DNA of 64,000 nucleotides from NCBI RefSeq assembly GCF_055900595.2, contig NZ_CM148325.1; one strand, 5' to 3'. Shown piece by piece: positions 53,861 to 64,000 of this stretch (position 1 is its first letter; each line of letters starts with the position of its first letter). The notes under the pieces were generated by a model. It saw only the letters and a program-made list of their open reading frames with translations, ran no database searches and was not told where the DNA came from. The position numbers and the translations under genes were made by a program.

Positions 53861-55438
53861 TTATTCAGCGTCAGTCTCCTGTTTCGACACATAGTTCTGT
53901 ATTGCATCCTGTAGCCATTCAGGAGGTTTTCGTCCCTCCAAATATGCGTCATTAAAATCTGTTAATAGAGCACTTTTTAAATTTTTGATGATTACCAACA
54001 CGTTAGTTCTAAGGTTTAATTCATTAATCGCCTTTTCTTCAATAAGTTGACCCAGTTGTTCTTTCGTAAGTTGTCTATTATTAATATCACATTCTAAGCT
54101 ATCAAGTTCTCTTTTTTCCCTTGCATAACTCACAAGTAACTGAGGAAGGTACCATTTAATCATCTCAGGTTTTTTCATAAAAAAATCATTCAGAAACACC
54201 TTGTTCACCAAGATACTGACAGGTACGTCCTTAAATACTGACTGAGCATTATTAAATAGCCTTTTAATTAAATGTGATTTCTCTTGATTGCTTAAGTTTA
54301 AAACATCGACATATACAATCAACTTATCCCAAATCAACGTCTGTAAATCAGGATTATTTTTATAGGGTTCTTTATCGAGAAGGGAAAATAATGCCTCAGC
54401 TCTTTTAGACTGATCACAACCAGACTTAATATTTTTTATCACGTCGCATGCATAATCTATCTTTGCAGCAGCATTAAAATATTCGATACTTTTATTAAAA
54501 CACCACTCCAGTATTTTTACATCACTCATATATGGCGATTTTAAAAAAGTTTCTAACATCGAACGGATGACCGGTGAGAGGTCAACCGGCGCATCATCTA
54601 AGGAATCAATAAGAATATGCGCTAGATCAATTTTGATCTTATTAATTTCATCATTACTTTTTTTATTATTAGTAAAGGCATCGTCAGACGCGCTGAGATT
54701 ATCTATCTCTTCAAGTATGCCTTCTTCGCCCAGTAAGTCTGGAATAATTTCATTACATACATGAGGCATTATTATGAGATGCTCTTGCTTTATTGTTGAC
54801 AATGTTGTAGCCAAGGCATCTTTAAAAAAATCTTTATAGTCCTGGGCTTGCCAATTCATCTGGTTATTATTTAACTGAAGTGCTATTTCGTTGTTAATTT
54901 CACGCTGGTAACACGCCAGAACTTTATTAGTAATCAGTAGTAATGAACTCTCATCTTTTGTTTCAAAATCCGTCCCTTCAAAACGAAAAATTGACTTACC
55001 AGATTCTGTTACATCATCAAATATAATGGCTGTACGCCCTTGACGAGCCCCATTCACAGAGGGAGGGGTAAGTCTAACTTCTAAAATAACCGGGCGTATA
55101 TCATCTTCCCACCCTTCAGGATTATTCATGTAAAATCGCATTATTTCACTACCATCATCTTTTTTTAAATAAGATGAGGATTTTATATTACCCATCATTT
55201 TTCTTCCCGCTTCATTGCGGCTTTCACTAAAATCTACATGTCCCAAGGTAAATATCCATGCTAGAAACTCCAAAAATGCCTTAGGAGAAAGGATATTTCT
55301 TTTGTTATGCTGCCCCTCGGCAATACGGGAAAAATTATTGATTCCCACACACCAGCTATTTAAAACATCATGTTTTGGTTTAAAATTCCTGCAGGAAGCA
55401 ACGTAGTGAAAATAATCCGAATGCGATATTTTGCTCAT
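53861..55438 (-). CDS. yjgL: YjgL-like hypothetical protein, AT-rich
   Basis: Position between argI and tabA as in K-12; low-GC composition; 525-aa ORF here (K-12 YjgL recalled as longer, so the 5' end is uncertain). Confidence 0.5.
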   Translation of the reverse strand: MSKISHSDYFHYVASCRNFKPKHDVLNSWCVGINNFSRIAEGQHNKRNILSPKAFLEFLAWIFTLGHVDFSESRNEAGRKMMGNIKSSSYLKKDDGSEIMRFYMNNPEGWEDDIRPVILEVRLTPPSVNGARQGRTAIIFDDVTESGKSIFRFEGTDFETKDESSLLLITNKVLACYQREINNEIALQLNNNQMNWQAQDYKDFFKDALATTLSTIKQEHLIIMPHVCNEIIPDLLGEEGILEEIDNLSASDDAFTNNKKSNDEINKIKIDLAHILIDSLDDAPVDLSPVIRSMLETFLKSPYMSDVKILEWCFNKSIEYFNAAAKIDYACDVIKNIKSGCDQSKRAEALFSLLDKEPYKNNPDLQTLIWDKLIVYVDVLNLSNQEKSHLIKRLFNNAQSVFKDVPVSILVNKVFLNDFFMKKPEMIKWYLPQLLVSYAREKRELDSLECDINNRQLTKEQLGQLIEEKAINELNLRTNVLVIIKNLKSALLTDFNDAYLEGRKPPEWLQDAIQNYVSKQETDAE

Positions 55439-55560
55439 GACGAACTCCTTGAGTTAATAAGAACGTCTAAGCATTACAAATTTTACTCACAAAAAAATAT
55501 CAAAAAACGCTCTTTTCACAAACTCGCCGTAAACCTGGAGTTATTTACGGCGAAAAGTCA

Positions 55561-56025
<465 letters not shown>

Positions 56026-56157
56026 TTAATTAAAACAATGTTTCATTTCTATCGTTATACGAAAAGATGATCAATTCCGCCAGCCTTAACGCGTGAATTA
56101 TTGTCTTATCACAACTTATCGGCAGGCGCGTTCCCGCCTTTCGGATCAAGGCCAGCA

Positions 56158-56751
56158 TCACTCCTTGAGAAGAGTTTTTATCGCTTCCCCCGCCAGGGCA
56201 GCTGTTGCACAGAGTTGTTCGATGGAGTGCCCCTCTCGTGCCTTCGCAGAAAGCCCTGACATCACGGTACTCATAAAATCAGTCACACATTGTGCGCTTT
56301 GTGGATGCCGCCTGGCGATATAGTCATAAATGGTTGTTTCTGCGGCGTGATAACATTGAACGGCAATATCACGCGCTTGTGGATCATGACTATGAATACC
56401 TTCAAGAACCATACAGCCAGCGCAGCCGCCGTTTTGGCTATATCTGCGCGCCGCTTCTTTTAATACCTCAACCAGGCACTCGCCTACCGGACGATCATCA
56501 CGAAGAATATCGGCAAGCGGAATAGCTTCCGTACCGACATATTCATTGAGTACACGGCTAAATAACCCAGCCTTACTGCCAAAAGCCGCGTAGAGGCTCG
56601 GGGGGTTAATACCAAGATAATCAGTGATTTCAGCAACACTGACAGCATCGAAACTTTTTTGGTGAAAAAGCACTTTTGCCGCAGAGACTGCCTGCTCAGG
56701 AGCGAAACGTCTGGGACGACCAGGAACACGAGATTGTTTTTTAGTGACCAT
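56158..56751 (-). CDS. bdcR: TetR-family transcriptional regulator
   Basis: N-terminal TetR HTH (FDAVSVAEITDYLGINPPSLYAAFGSK); divergent from bdcA. Confidence 0.8.
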   Translation of the reverse strand: MVTKKQSRVPGRPRRFAPEQAVSAAKVLFHQKSFDAVSVAEITDYLGINPPSLYAAFGSKAGLFSRVLNEYVGTEAIPLADILRDDRPVGECLVEVLKEAARRYSQNGGCAGCMVLEGIHSHDPQARDIAVQCYHAAETTIYDYIARRHPQSAQCVTDFMSTVMSGLSAKAREGHSIEQLCATAALAGEAIKTLLKE

Positions 56752-56821
56752 TACAAAACTTGTTGACAGAAAGTTAAAACAGTTTTGTAATGCATGTTAC
56801 ATAATAAATCAAGGAGTCCTT

Positions 56822-57535
56822 ATGGGCGCTTTTACAGGTAAGACAGTTCTCATCCTCGGTGGCAGTCGTGGAATCGGTGCTGCTATCGTACGTCGTTTCG
56901 TCACCGATGGGGCCAATGTACGATTCACCTATGCGGGGTCGAAAGATGCCGCTGAACGCCTGGCACAAGAGACGGGAGCGACAGCAGTATTCACAGATAG
57001 TGCTGACAGAGACGCTGTCATTGATGTCGTTCGTAAGAGCGGCGCATTGGATATCCTGGTGGTAAATGCAGGTATTGGCGTCTTTGGCGATTCCCTGGAA
57101 TTAAATGCCGACGATATTGATCGCCTTTTCAAAATCAATATTCATGCTCCTTACTATGCCTCTGTTGAAGCCGCCCGGCAGATGCCCGAAGGCGGGCGCA
57201 TCTTAATCATCGGCTCCGTGAATGGCGATCGTATGCCTGTTGCAGGCATGGCTGCTTATGCCGCCAGTAAATCTGCCCTGCAAGGTATGGCGCGCGGACT
57301 GGCCCGTGATTTTGGACCGCGTGGGATCACCATCAACGTCGTCCAGCCAGGGCCAATTGATACCGACGCGAATCCCGCCAACGGGACAATGCGCGATATG
57401 TTGCATGGTTTTATGGCTATCAAAAGACATGGGCAACCGGAAGAGGTCGCTGGTATGGTCGCATGGTTAGCAGGGCCAGAAGCCAGTTTTGTTACCGGTG
57501 CGATGCATACCATTGATGGCGCGTTTGGCGCATAA
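56822..57535 (+). CDS. bdcA: c-di-GMP-binding biofilm dispersal mediator, SDR family
   Basis: Translation MGAFTGKTVLILGGSRGIGAAI... with YAASK; start at internal Met. Confidence 0.8.
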   Translation: MGAFTGKTVLILGGSRGIGAAIVRRFVTDGANVRFTYAGSKDAAERLAQETGATAVFTDSADRDAVIDVVRKSGALDILVVNAGIGVFGDSLELNADDIDRLFKINIHAPYYASVEAARQMPEGGRILIIGSVNGDRMPVAGMAAYAASKSALQGMARGLARDFGPRGITINVVQPGPIDTDANPANGTMRDMLHGFMAIKRHGQPEEVAGMVAWLAGPEASFVTGAMHTIDGAFGA

Positions 57536-57665
57536 CCGACTACGCTCAATTAAGCCCAGCCATTATCCATGATGTCTGGGTTTTGTTTACTCACATCGTC
57601 CCCTAAAAGCGGCTCCCGGTAAATATAAATCTTCTGTTCATGTCGTAAATCTTGAGGATAACCAA

Positions 57666-58061
57666 ATGGTAGAAAGAACCGCTGTTTTCCCTGCTGGCCG
57701 ACATTCACTGTATGCTGAACATCGTTATTCTGCGGCTATTCGTTCCGGCGATTTGCTGTTTGTTTCCGGGCAAGTAGGAAGTCGCGAGGACGGAACACCA
57801 GAACCCGATTTTCAGCAACAAGTCAGACTGGCATTTGATAATTTGCATGCGACCCTGGCAGCTGCGGGATGCACTTTTGACGATATCATTGATGTGACGA
57901 GCTTTCATACCGATCCTGAAAAACAATTTGAAGACATCATGACAGTCAAAAATGAAATATTTAGCGCCCCACCTTATCCAAACTGGACGGCGGTGGGTGT
58001 TACCTGGCTGGCAGGCTTTGATTTTGAAATTAAAGTGATAGCGCGCATCCCTGAGCTGTAA
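57666..58061 (+). CDS. yjgH: RidA/YjgF-family protein
   Basis: 131 aa; synteny upstream of pyrL-pyrBI. Confidence 0.75.
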   Translation: MVERTAVFPAGRHSLYAEHRYSAAIRSGDLLFVSGQVGSREDGTPEPDFQQQVRLAFDNLHATLAAAGCTFDDIIDVTSFHTDPEKQFEDIMTVKNEIFSAPPYPNWTAVGVTWLAGFDFEIKVIARIPEL

Positions 58062-58341
58062 GCAATAGTGTTAGCCGTGAGTTTTCACACTCCGCCCTAT
58101 AAGTCGGATGAATGGAATAAAATGCATATCGGATTGGGTGAAAGTGAAAAAGAAAAAAGCAGGAAATGTCTGCAATTATTGATACCGAACGACCGTTCCC
58201 CTCCAGAACCATAGAAAATAAAAATGCACATACTTTGACTTTTAATTCAAATAAACCGTTTGCGCTGACAAAATATTGCATCAAATACTTGCACCGCTTC
58301 TGGCTATGAGTATAATGCCGGACAATTTGCCGGGAGGATGT

Positions 58342-58476
58342 ATGATTCAGTGTGTTCGACATTTTGTCTTACCGCGTCTGAAAAAAGACGCTGGTCTGCC
58401 GTTTTTCTTCCCGTTGATCACCCATTCCCAGCCCCTCAATCGAGGGGCTTTTTTTTGCCCAGGCGTCAGGAGATAA
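58342..58476 (+). CDS. pyrL: pyrBI operon leader peptide
   Basis: Translation MIQCVRHFVLPRLKKDAGLPFFFPLITHSQPLNRGAFFCPGVRR (44 aa) ending 3 nt before pyrB. Confidence 0.85.
   Translation: MIQCVRHFVLPRLKKDAGLPFFFPLITHSQPLNRGAFFCPGVRR
58431..58458 (+). terminator. pyrBI attenuator (rho-independent terminator within the pyrL region)
   Basis: Hairpin agcccctc-aatc-gaggggct followed by TTTTTTTT. Confidence 0.85.
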
Positions 58477-58479
58477 AAG

Positions 58480-59415
58480 ATGGCTAATCCGCTATATCAG
58501 AAACATATCATTTCCATAAACGACCTTAGTCGCGATGACCTTAATCTGGTGCTGGCGACAGCGGCGAAACTGAAAGCAAACCCGCAACCAGAGCTGTTGA
58601 AGCACAAAGTCATTGCCAGCTGTTTCTTCGAAGCCTCTACCCGTACCCGCCTCTCTTTCGAAACGTCCATGCACCGCCTGGGTGCCAGCGTGGTGGGCTT
58701 CTCCGACAGCGCCAATACATCACTGGGTAAAAAGGGCGAAACGCTGGCCGATACCATTTCGGTTATCAGCACTTACGTCGATGCGATAGTGATGCGTCAT
58801 CCGCAGGAAGGTGCAGCGCGTCTGGCCACCGAGTTTTCCGGCAATGTACCGGTACTGAATGCCGGTGATGGCTCCAACCAACATCCGACACAAACCTTGC
58901 TGGACTTATTCACCATTCAGGAAACCCAGGGGCGTCTGGACAATCTCCACGTCGCAATGGTTGGTGACCTGAAATATGGCCGCACCGTTCACTCTCTGAC
59001 CCAGGCGTTAGCGAAGTTCGACGGCAACCGTTTTTACTTCATCGCGCCGGACGCGCTGGCAATGCCGCAATACATCCTGGATATGCTCGATGAAAAAGGG
59101 ATCGCCTGGAGTCTGCACAGCTCCATTGAAGAAGTGATGGCGGAAGTGGACATTCTGTATATGACTCGCGTGCAAAAAGAGCGTCTGGACCCGTCCGAAT
59201 ATGCCAACGTGAAAGCACAGTTTGTTCTTCGCGCCAGCGATCTCCACAACGCCAAAGCCAATATGAAAGTGCTGCATCCGCTACCGCGTGTTGATGAGAT
59301 TGCCACCGATGTTGATAAAACACCGCACGCCTGGTACTTCCAGCAAGCAGGCAACGGAATTTTCGCTCGCCAGGCGTTACTGGCACTGGTTCTGAATCGC
59401 GATCTGGTACTGTAA
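58480..59415 (+). CDS. pyrB: Aspartate carbamoyltransferase catalytic subunit
   Basis: STRTR and HPLP motifs; 311 aa. Confidence 0.95.
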
Positions 59416-59427
59416 GGGGAAATAGAG

Positions 59428-59889
59428 ATGACACACGATAATAAATTGCAGGTTGAAGCTATTAAACGCGGCACGGTAATTGACCATATCCCCGCCCAGA
59501 TCGGTTTTAAGCTATTGAGTCTGTTCAAGCTTACCGAGACAGATCAGCGTATTACCATCGGCCTGAATCTGCCTTCTGGTGAGATGGGGCGTAAAGATCT
59601 GATCAAAATCGAAAATACCTTTTTGAGTGAAGATCAGGTAGACCAACTGGCTTTGTATGCACCACAAGCCACAGTAAATCGCATCGACAACTATGAAGTG
59701 GTGGGTAAATCGCGCCCCAGCCTGCCGGAGCGCATCGACAATGTGCTGGTCTGCCCGAACAGCAACTGTATCAGCCATGCCGAACCGGTTTCATCCAGCT
59801 TTGCCGTGCGAAAACGCGCCAATGACATCGCGCTCAAATGCAAATACTGTGAAAAAGAGTTTTCCCATAATGTGGTGCTGGCCAATTAA
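59428..59889 (+). CDS. pyrI: Aspartate carbamoyltransferase regulatory subunit
   Basis: 153 aa with C-terminal Zn-binding Cys cluster (CPNSNC...CKYCE). Confidence 0.95.
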
Positions 59890-59961
59890 TTGCGGTTGGT
59901 AATAAAAGTCTGGCTCCCTATAATGAGCCAGACTTTTTACCGCTGTAATAAAGGAGAAATC

Positions 59962-60348
59962 ATGAGCAAAACTATCGCGACGGAAAATGCACCGGCAGCT
60001 ATCGGTCCTTACGTACAGGGCGTTGATCTGGGCAATATGATCATCACCTCCGGTCAGATCCCAGTAAACCCGAAAACCGGCGAAGTACCGGCAGACGTCG
60101 CTGCACAGGCACGTCAGTCGCTGGATAACGTAAAAGCGATCGTCGAAGCCGCTGGCCTGAAAGTGGGCGATATCGTTAAAACCACCGTGTTTGTGAAAGA
60201 TCTGAACGACTTCGCAACCGTAAACGCTACCTACGAAGCGTTCTTCACCGAGCACAATGCCACCTTCCCGGCACGTTCTTGCGTTGAAGTTGCCCGTCTG
60301 CCGAAAGACGTGAAGATTGAGATCGAAGCGATCGCTGTTCGTCGCTAA
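59962..60348 (+). CDS. ridA: Enamine/imine deaminase RidA
   Basis: Translation MSKTIATENAPAAIGPYVQG...; start at internal Met. Confidence 0.9.
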   Translation: MSKTIATENAPAAIGPYVQGVDLGNMIITSGQIPVNPKTGEVPADVAAQARQSLDNVKAIVEAAGLKVGDIVKTTVFVKDLNDFATVNATYEAFFTEHNATFPARSCVEVARLPKDVKIEIEAIAVRR

Positions 60349-60399
60349 TCTTGATGGAAATCCGGGCTATCATGCCCGGATTAAGTCTGATGGCAAAAG

Positions 60400-60500
60400 C
60401 AAAATAGCCTGATGCGCTACGCTTATCAGGCCTACGTGATTCCTGCAATTTATTGAATTTGTAGGCCGGATTAGGCGTTTACGCCGCATCCGGCATGATC
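60400..60500. repeat. REP-type palindromic elements between ridA and mgtA
   Basis: gcctgatgcgctacgcttatcaggcctac and gtaggccggattaggcgtttacgccgcatccggca. Confidence 0.65.
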
Positions 60501-60552
60501 AAAGCTCACTTTGTCTGTAATCGAATCCGGGCCACCATGCCCAGTTTATTCT

Positions 60553-63249
60553 TTACTGCCAGCCGTAACGACGGCTATAGAACCCTTTCACCAACTGGGT
60601 TAACGTCATATACCCTGCCAGAATCGCAACCAGCCACGGGAAATAGCTTAACGGCAGCGCCTGCAGTTGCAGATAACTGGCCAACGGCGAAAACGGCAAT
60701 GCGATCCCGACTATCATCACAATCACGGTCATGATCATTAACGGCCACGATGCACAGCTCTGAATAAACGGTACACGACGGGTACGGATCATATGTACAA
60801 TCAGCGTTTGCGACAGTAATCCCACCACAAACCAGCCCGACTGGAACAGCGTTTGCGTTTCCGGCGTGTTGGCATGGAATACCCACCACATCAGGCAAAA
60901 CGTCAGAATATCGAAGATCGAACTGATCGGTCCGAAGAAGATCATAAAGCGCCCCAAATCCGCCGGATTCCAACGCTGAGGCTTTTGAATTTGCTCGTCG
61001 TCGACGTTATCAAACGGGATCGCCACCTGTGACACATCGTACAGCAGGTTCTGGATCAGTAAGTGTAAAGGCAGCATCGGCAGGAAGGGCAAGAAAGCAC
61101 TCGCCACCAGCACGCTGAACACATTACCGAAGTTAGAACTCGCCGTCATTTTTATGTATTTCAGCATGTTGGCGAAAGTCCGGCGTCCTTCAATAACCCC
61201 CTCCTCCAGCACCATCAGGCTTTTTTCCAGCAGGATGATATCAGCCGCTTCACGGGCAATATCTACCGCACCGTCCACAGAAATGCCGATATCCGCAGCG
61301 CGTAAGGCGGGCGCATCATTAATACCATCGCCCATAAAGCCAACCACATGCCCTTCGCGCTTTAGCAAGGTCACGATGCGTTCTTTATGCATCGGCGTCA
61401 GGCGAGCAAACAGCGTGGTGCGCTGTGCAAGATTTGCCAGTTCGTCGTCAGATAGCGTTTCAATATCACTACCAATGACCACCTCTCCCGCGTCCAGTCC
61501 CACTTCATGGCACACTTTCGCCGCCACTAACTCGCTGTCGCCAGTAAGGATTTTCACGGTAATGCCACTCGCTTTTAATGCCTTCAGTGCCGGAGCTGTT
61601 GTCTCTTTCGGCGGATCAAGGAAAGCAATATATCCTTCGAGGATCAGGTCGGATTCATCCGCCCGCTGGTAATCCCCTTCACGTGCTGGCAGGTATTTCG
61701 TCGCCACCGCAACCACGCGCAGCCCCTGACGATTCAGCGTATCAGTAACGCGCTTAATCTTACGCAGTATGATGTCATCAAGCGGCACAATCTCACCATT
61801 GTGACGCACCTGCGAACACACATTGAGGATTTCCTGCAATGCGCCTTTGCAAACCAGTTGATGATGTTCGGTATTCTCTGCCACTACCACCGACATCCGG
61901 CGACGCTCGAAATCAAACGGAATCTCATCAATTTTTTGCCAACGACTGGCCAGCGAGCGCGCTGACTCTTCATCCGTACCTTCGAGCACCGCTGTATCAA
62001 GCAGGTTTTTAAGTCCGGTCTGATAATGACTGTTCAACCACGCGCTATGCAGCACGCGTTCGCTGGTTTTACCGGAGATATCGGTATGATTCTCCAGCAC
62101 AATTTTATCCTGCGTCAGGGTGCCGGTTTTATCAGTGCACAGAATATCCATAGCGCCAAAGTTCTGAATGGCATCCAGATGTTTGACGATCACTTTCTGT
62201 TTCGACAGCTTTACGGCACCACGCGCCAGCGTCGAAGTGACAATCATCGGCAACATTTCCGGCGTTAAGCCTACCGCGACCGAAAGCGCAAACAGTGCCG
62301 CTTCCCACCAGTCACCTTTGGTGTAACCGTTGATCAGCAACACCACCGGAGCCATCACCAGCATAAAGCGAATCAGCAGCATACTGACGCGGCTAATCCC
62401 CTGCTGAAAGGCATTCGGCTCGCTTTCCTGCTCACTAACACGCCCCGCCAGTTGACCAAACCAGGTGTTGGCTCCTGTAGCAATCACCATTGCTTGTGCC
62501 GTGCCGCTCACCACGGTGGTGCCCATAAAACACAGGGTGTCGCACTCCAGCGGATTGCTGTGCTCCGGCTGGCGAGTGGTTGCGGCTTTTTCTACGGGCA
62601 GAGACTCACCGGTTAACGACGCCTGAGCGACAAACAGATCCCGCGCCTGCAAGATACGTAAATCTGCCGGGATCATATCCCCCGCCGCCAGTTTTATAAT
62701 ATCGCCGGGCACCAGCTGGTCGATCGGGATCTCCAGCCAGCCATTTTCGCCTTTGTCGTTAATTACGCGCAGCACCGTCGCGGTATTGCTGACCATCGCT
62801 TTCAGGGCATCTGCCGCTTTAGTGGAACGTGCTTCCTGAATAAAGTTCAGCAACGTAGAAATAGCGACCATTAGCGCGATAACACCTGCGGCAAATAAAT
62901 CTTCCGTGGCGTAAGAAATAGCACCGAGAATGGTGAGCAAAATATTAAAGGGGTTGCGATAGCAGACCCATAAATGCACCCACCACGGCGACGGTTGTTG
63001 CGCGGGTAATTTATTTTCACCATGTTGTTCGCGGGCAGATTCCACTTCCGCCTGATTTAACCCTTCCGGATGGGTATTGAACGTTTTCCATAATTCCTGT
63101 TCTGGCATCACCGCCATTTTCAGGCAATGCGCACTTAAGGACGGCGGGACCGCCGTATTCACTGTCTGCTGCGCGCCAGGCAATGGATCGCGATGAACCA
63201 GACGGGAAGGTAAATGGCGAATGAGCCGGGTAAAAATTTCTTTAAACAT
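60553..63249 (-). CDS. mgtA: Mg2+-importing P-type ATPase
   Basis: P-type ATPase motifs DKTGTLT, TGES and GDGINDAPAL; 898 aa. Confidence 0.95.
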   Translation of the reverse strand: MFKEIFTRLIRHLPSRLVHRDPLPGAQQTVNTAVPPSLSAHCLKMAVMPEQELWKTFNTHPEGLNQAEVESAREQHGENKLPAQQPSPWWVHLWVCYRNPFNILLTILGAISYATEDLFAAGVIALMVAISTLLNFIQEARSTKAADALKAMVSNTATVLRVINDKGENGWLEIPIDQLVPGDIIKLAAGDMIPADLRILQARDLFVAQASLTGESLPVEKAATTRQPEHSNPLECDTLCFMGTTVVSGTAQAMVIATGANTWFGQLAGRVSEQESEPNAFQQGISRVSMLLIRFMLVMAPVVLLINGYTKGDWWEAALFALSVAVGLTPEMLPMIVTSTLARGAVKLSKQKVIVKHLDAIQNFGAMDILCTDKTGTLTQDKIVLENHTDISGKTSERVLHSAWLNSHYQTGLKNLLDTAVLEGTDEESARSLASRWQKIDEIPFDFERRRMSVVVAENTEHHQLVCKGALQEILNVCSQVRHNGEIVPLDDIILRKIKRVTDTLNRQGLRVVAVATKYLPAREGDYQRADESDLILEGYIAFLDPPKETTAPALKALKASGITVKILTGDSELVAAKVCHEVGLDAGEVVIGSDIETLSDDELANLAQRTTLFARLTPMHKERIVTLLKREGHVVGFMGDGINDAPALRAADIGISVDGAVDIAREAADIILLEKSLMVLEEGVIEGRRTFANMLKYIKMTASSNFGNVFSVLVASAFLPFLPMLPLHLLIQNLLYDVSQVAIPFDNVDDEQIQKPQRWNPADLGRFMIFFGPISSIFDILTFCLMWWVFHANTPETQTLFQSGWFVVGLLSQTLIVHMIRTRRVPFIQSCASWPLMIMTVIVMIVGIALPFSPLASYLQLQALPLSYFPWLVAILAGYMTLTQLVKGFYSRRYGWQ

Positions 63250-63520
63250 AAGGAGTCCCTCCGCACTGACTGAAACAGTGCAGAAATGTCTTCAGGCGTG
63301 GCGAAGCCTTACCTGAAGGTAATAAAGCTGAGCTGGGACGTTAAAACGTCACGGCCTTACGCATCCGGTAACGCCGTGAAAAGACGGGCTTACCGGAAAA
63401 GTTTTAATCTCCGTCGAGGGAGAGGCGTGGGATCAGGTTCCATATAACCTCCGGTAAGTGAAAAAAGCGCCGCAAATAATAAGGAGAATCCAATAATATT
63501 CGTGGCATTTATGGCGATAT
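63250..63520 (-). promoter_or_regulatory. mgtA 5' leader RNA (Mg2+/proline-responsive attenuation region)
   Basis: Long untranslated leader between the mgtL region and the mgtA start; known regulatory architecture of mgtA. Confidence 0.55.
63390..63443 (-). CDS. mgtL: mgtA leader peptide (proline-rich)
   Basis: Encodes [17 protein letters not shown] (17 aa) as the 3' portion of ORF 63390..63596; in the mgtA 5' leader. Confidence 0.8.
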
Positions 63521-63625
63521 AATACCTACTGGCAACTAAACCAACGATAAACCAGACTTTACCCATTGCTGAATGCACGGGTAAAGTTAGGCTCAAATAA
63601 TGAAACGCAATTACGGGACAACAGG

Positions 63626-64000
63626 ATGCAAAATCGGCTGACCATCAAAGACATCGCGCGCTTAAGCGGCGTGGGGAAATCTACGGTTTCCCGAGTGCTG
63701 AATAACGAAAGCGGCGTGAGTCAGCGCACGCGCGAGCGCGTGGAAGCAGTGATGAATCAGCATGGATTTTCCCCTTCCCGCTCCGCGCGCGCTATGCGTG
63801 GGCAAAGCGATAAAGTGGTCGCCATCATTGTTACCCGTCTGGATTCGTTGTCAGAAAATCTCGCCGTCCAAACCATGCTGCCAGCGTTCTATGAACAAGG
63901 TTACGACCCGATCATGATGGAAAGTCAGTTTTCTCCGCAATTAGTTGCCGAACATTTGGGGGTGCTGAAACGGCGTAATATCGACGGCGTAGTGCTGTTC
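63626..64000 (+). CDS. treR: Trehalose operon repressor (LacI family), 5' part; continues beyond the window
   Basis: Translation MQNRLTIKDIARLSGVGKSTVSRVLNNESGVS... (HTH); ORF runs to the window end. Confidence 0.85.
   Translation, partial: MQNRLTIKDIARLSGVGKSTVSRVLNNESGVSQRTRERVEAVMNQHGFSPSRSARAMRGQSDKVVAIIVTRLDSLSENLAVQTMLPAFYEQGYDPIMMESQFSPQLVAEHLGVLKRRNIDGVVLF

Noticed and set aside
63390-63596. 68-aa minus-strand ORF upstream of mgtA
   Set aside because: Only the last 17 codons ([17 protein letters not shown]) correspond to the known leader peptide mgtL; the 5' extension is probably untranslated leader RNA.

Overview
The window is an Escherichia coli-type chromosome segment. From ~34.6 kb onward it is a conserved core block in the same order as E. 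coli K-12 read in reverse: ahr, idnK-idnDOTR, yjgR, lptG-lptF, pepA, holC-valS, yjgN, yjgM, rraB, argI, yjgL, tabA, bdcR/bdcA, yjgH, pyrL-pyrBI, ridA, mgtL-mgtA, treR (partial). The first ~34.5 kb is accessory DNA ending at tRNA-Leu(CAA) leuX (34526..34610, minus strand), and it is densely packed with anti-phage-type genes. The most interesting locus is a translationally coupled minus-strand operon (15112 down to <1): SNF2-family helicase, then a 1640-aa N6-adenine methyltransferase, then a 2113-aa DruE-like helicase with Cys clusters, then an SF1 (UvrD-like) ATPase that runs off the window. This gene set does not match canonical DISARM or Druantia as I know them and is my candidate for an undescribed system. 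Next to it are a Druantia type III-like pair (1119-aa DruH-like plus 2107-aa DruE-like), a Zorya type II-like operon (ZorA/ZorB/HNH ZorE), a frameshifted and truncated nanM remnant, two divergent HNH nucleases and an AT-rich 681-aa orphan gene. All family assignments rest on motifs read by eye from the translations and on recalled protein sequences; no database search or computation was run.
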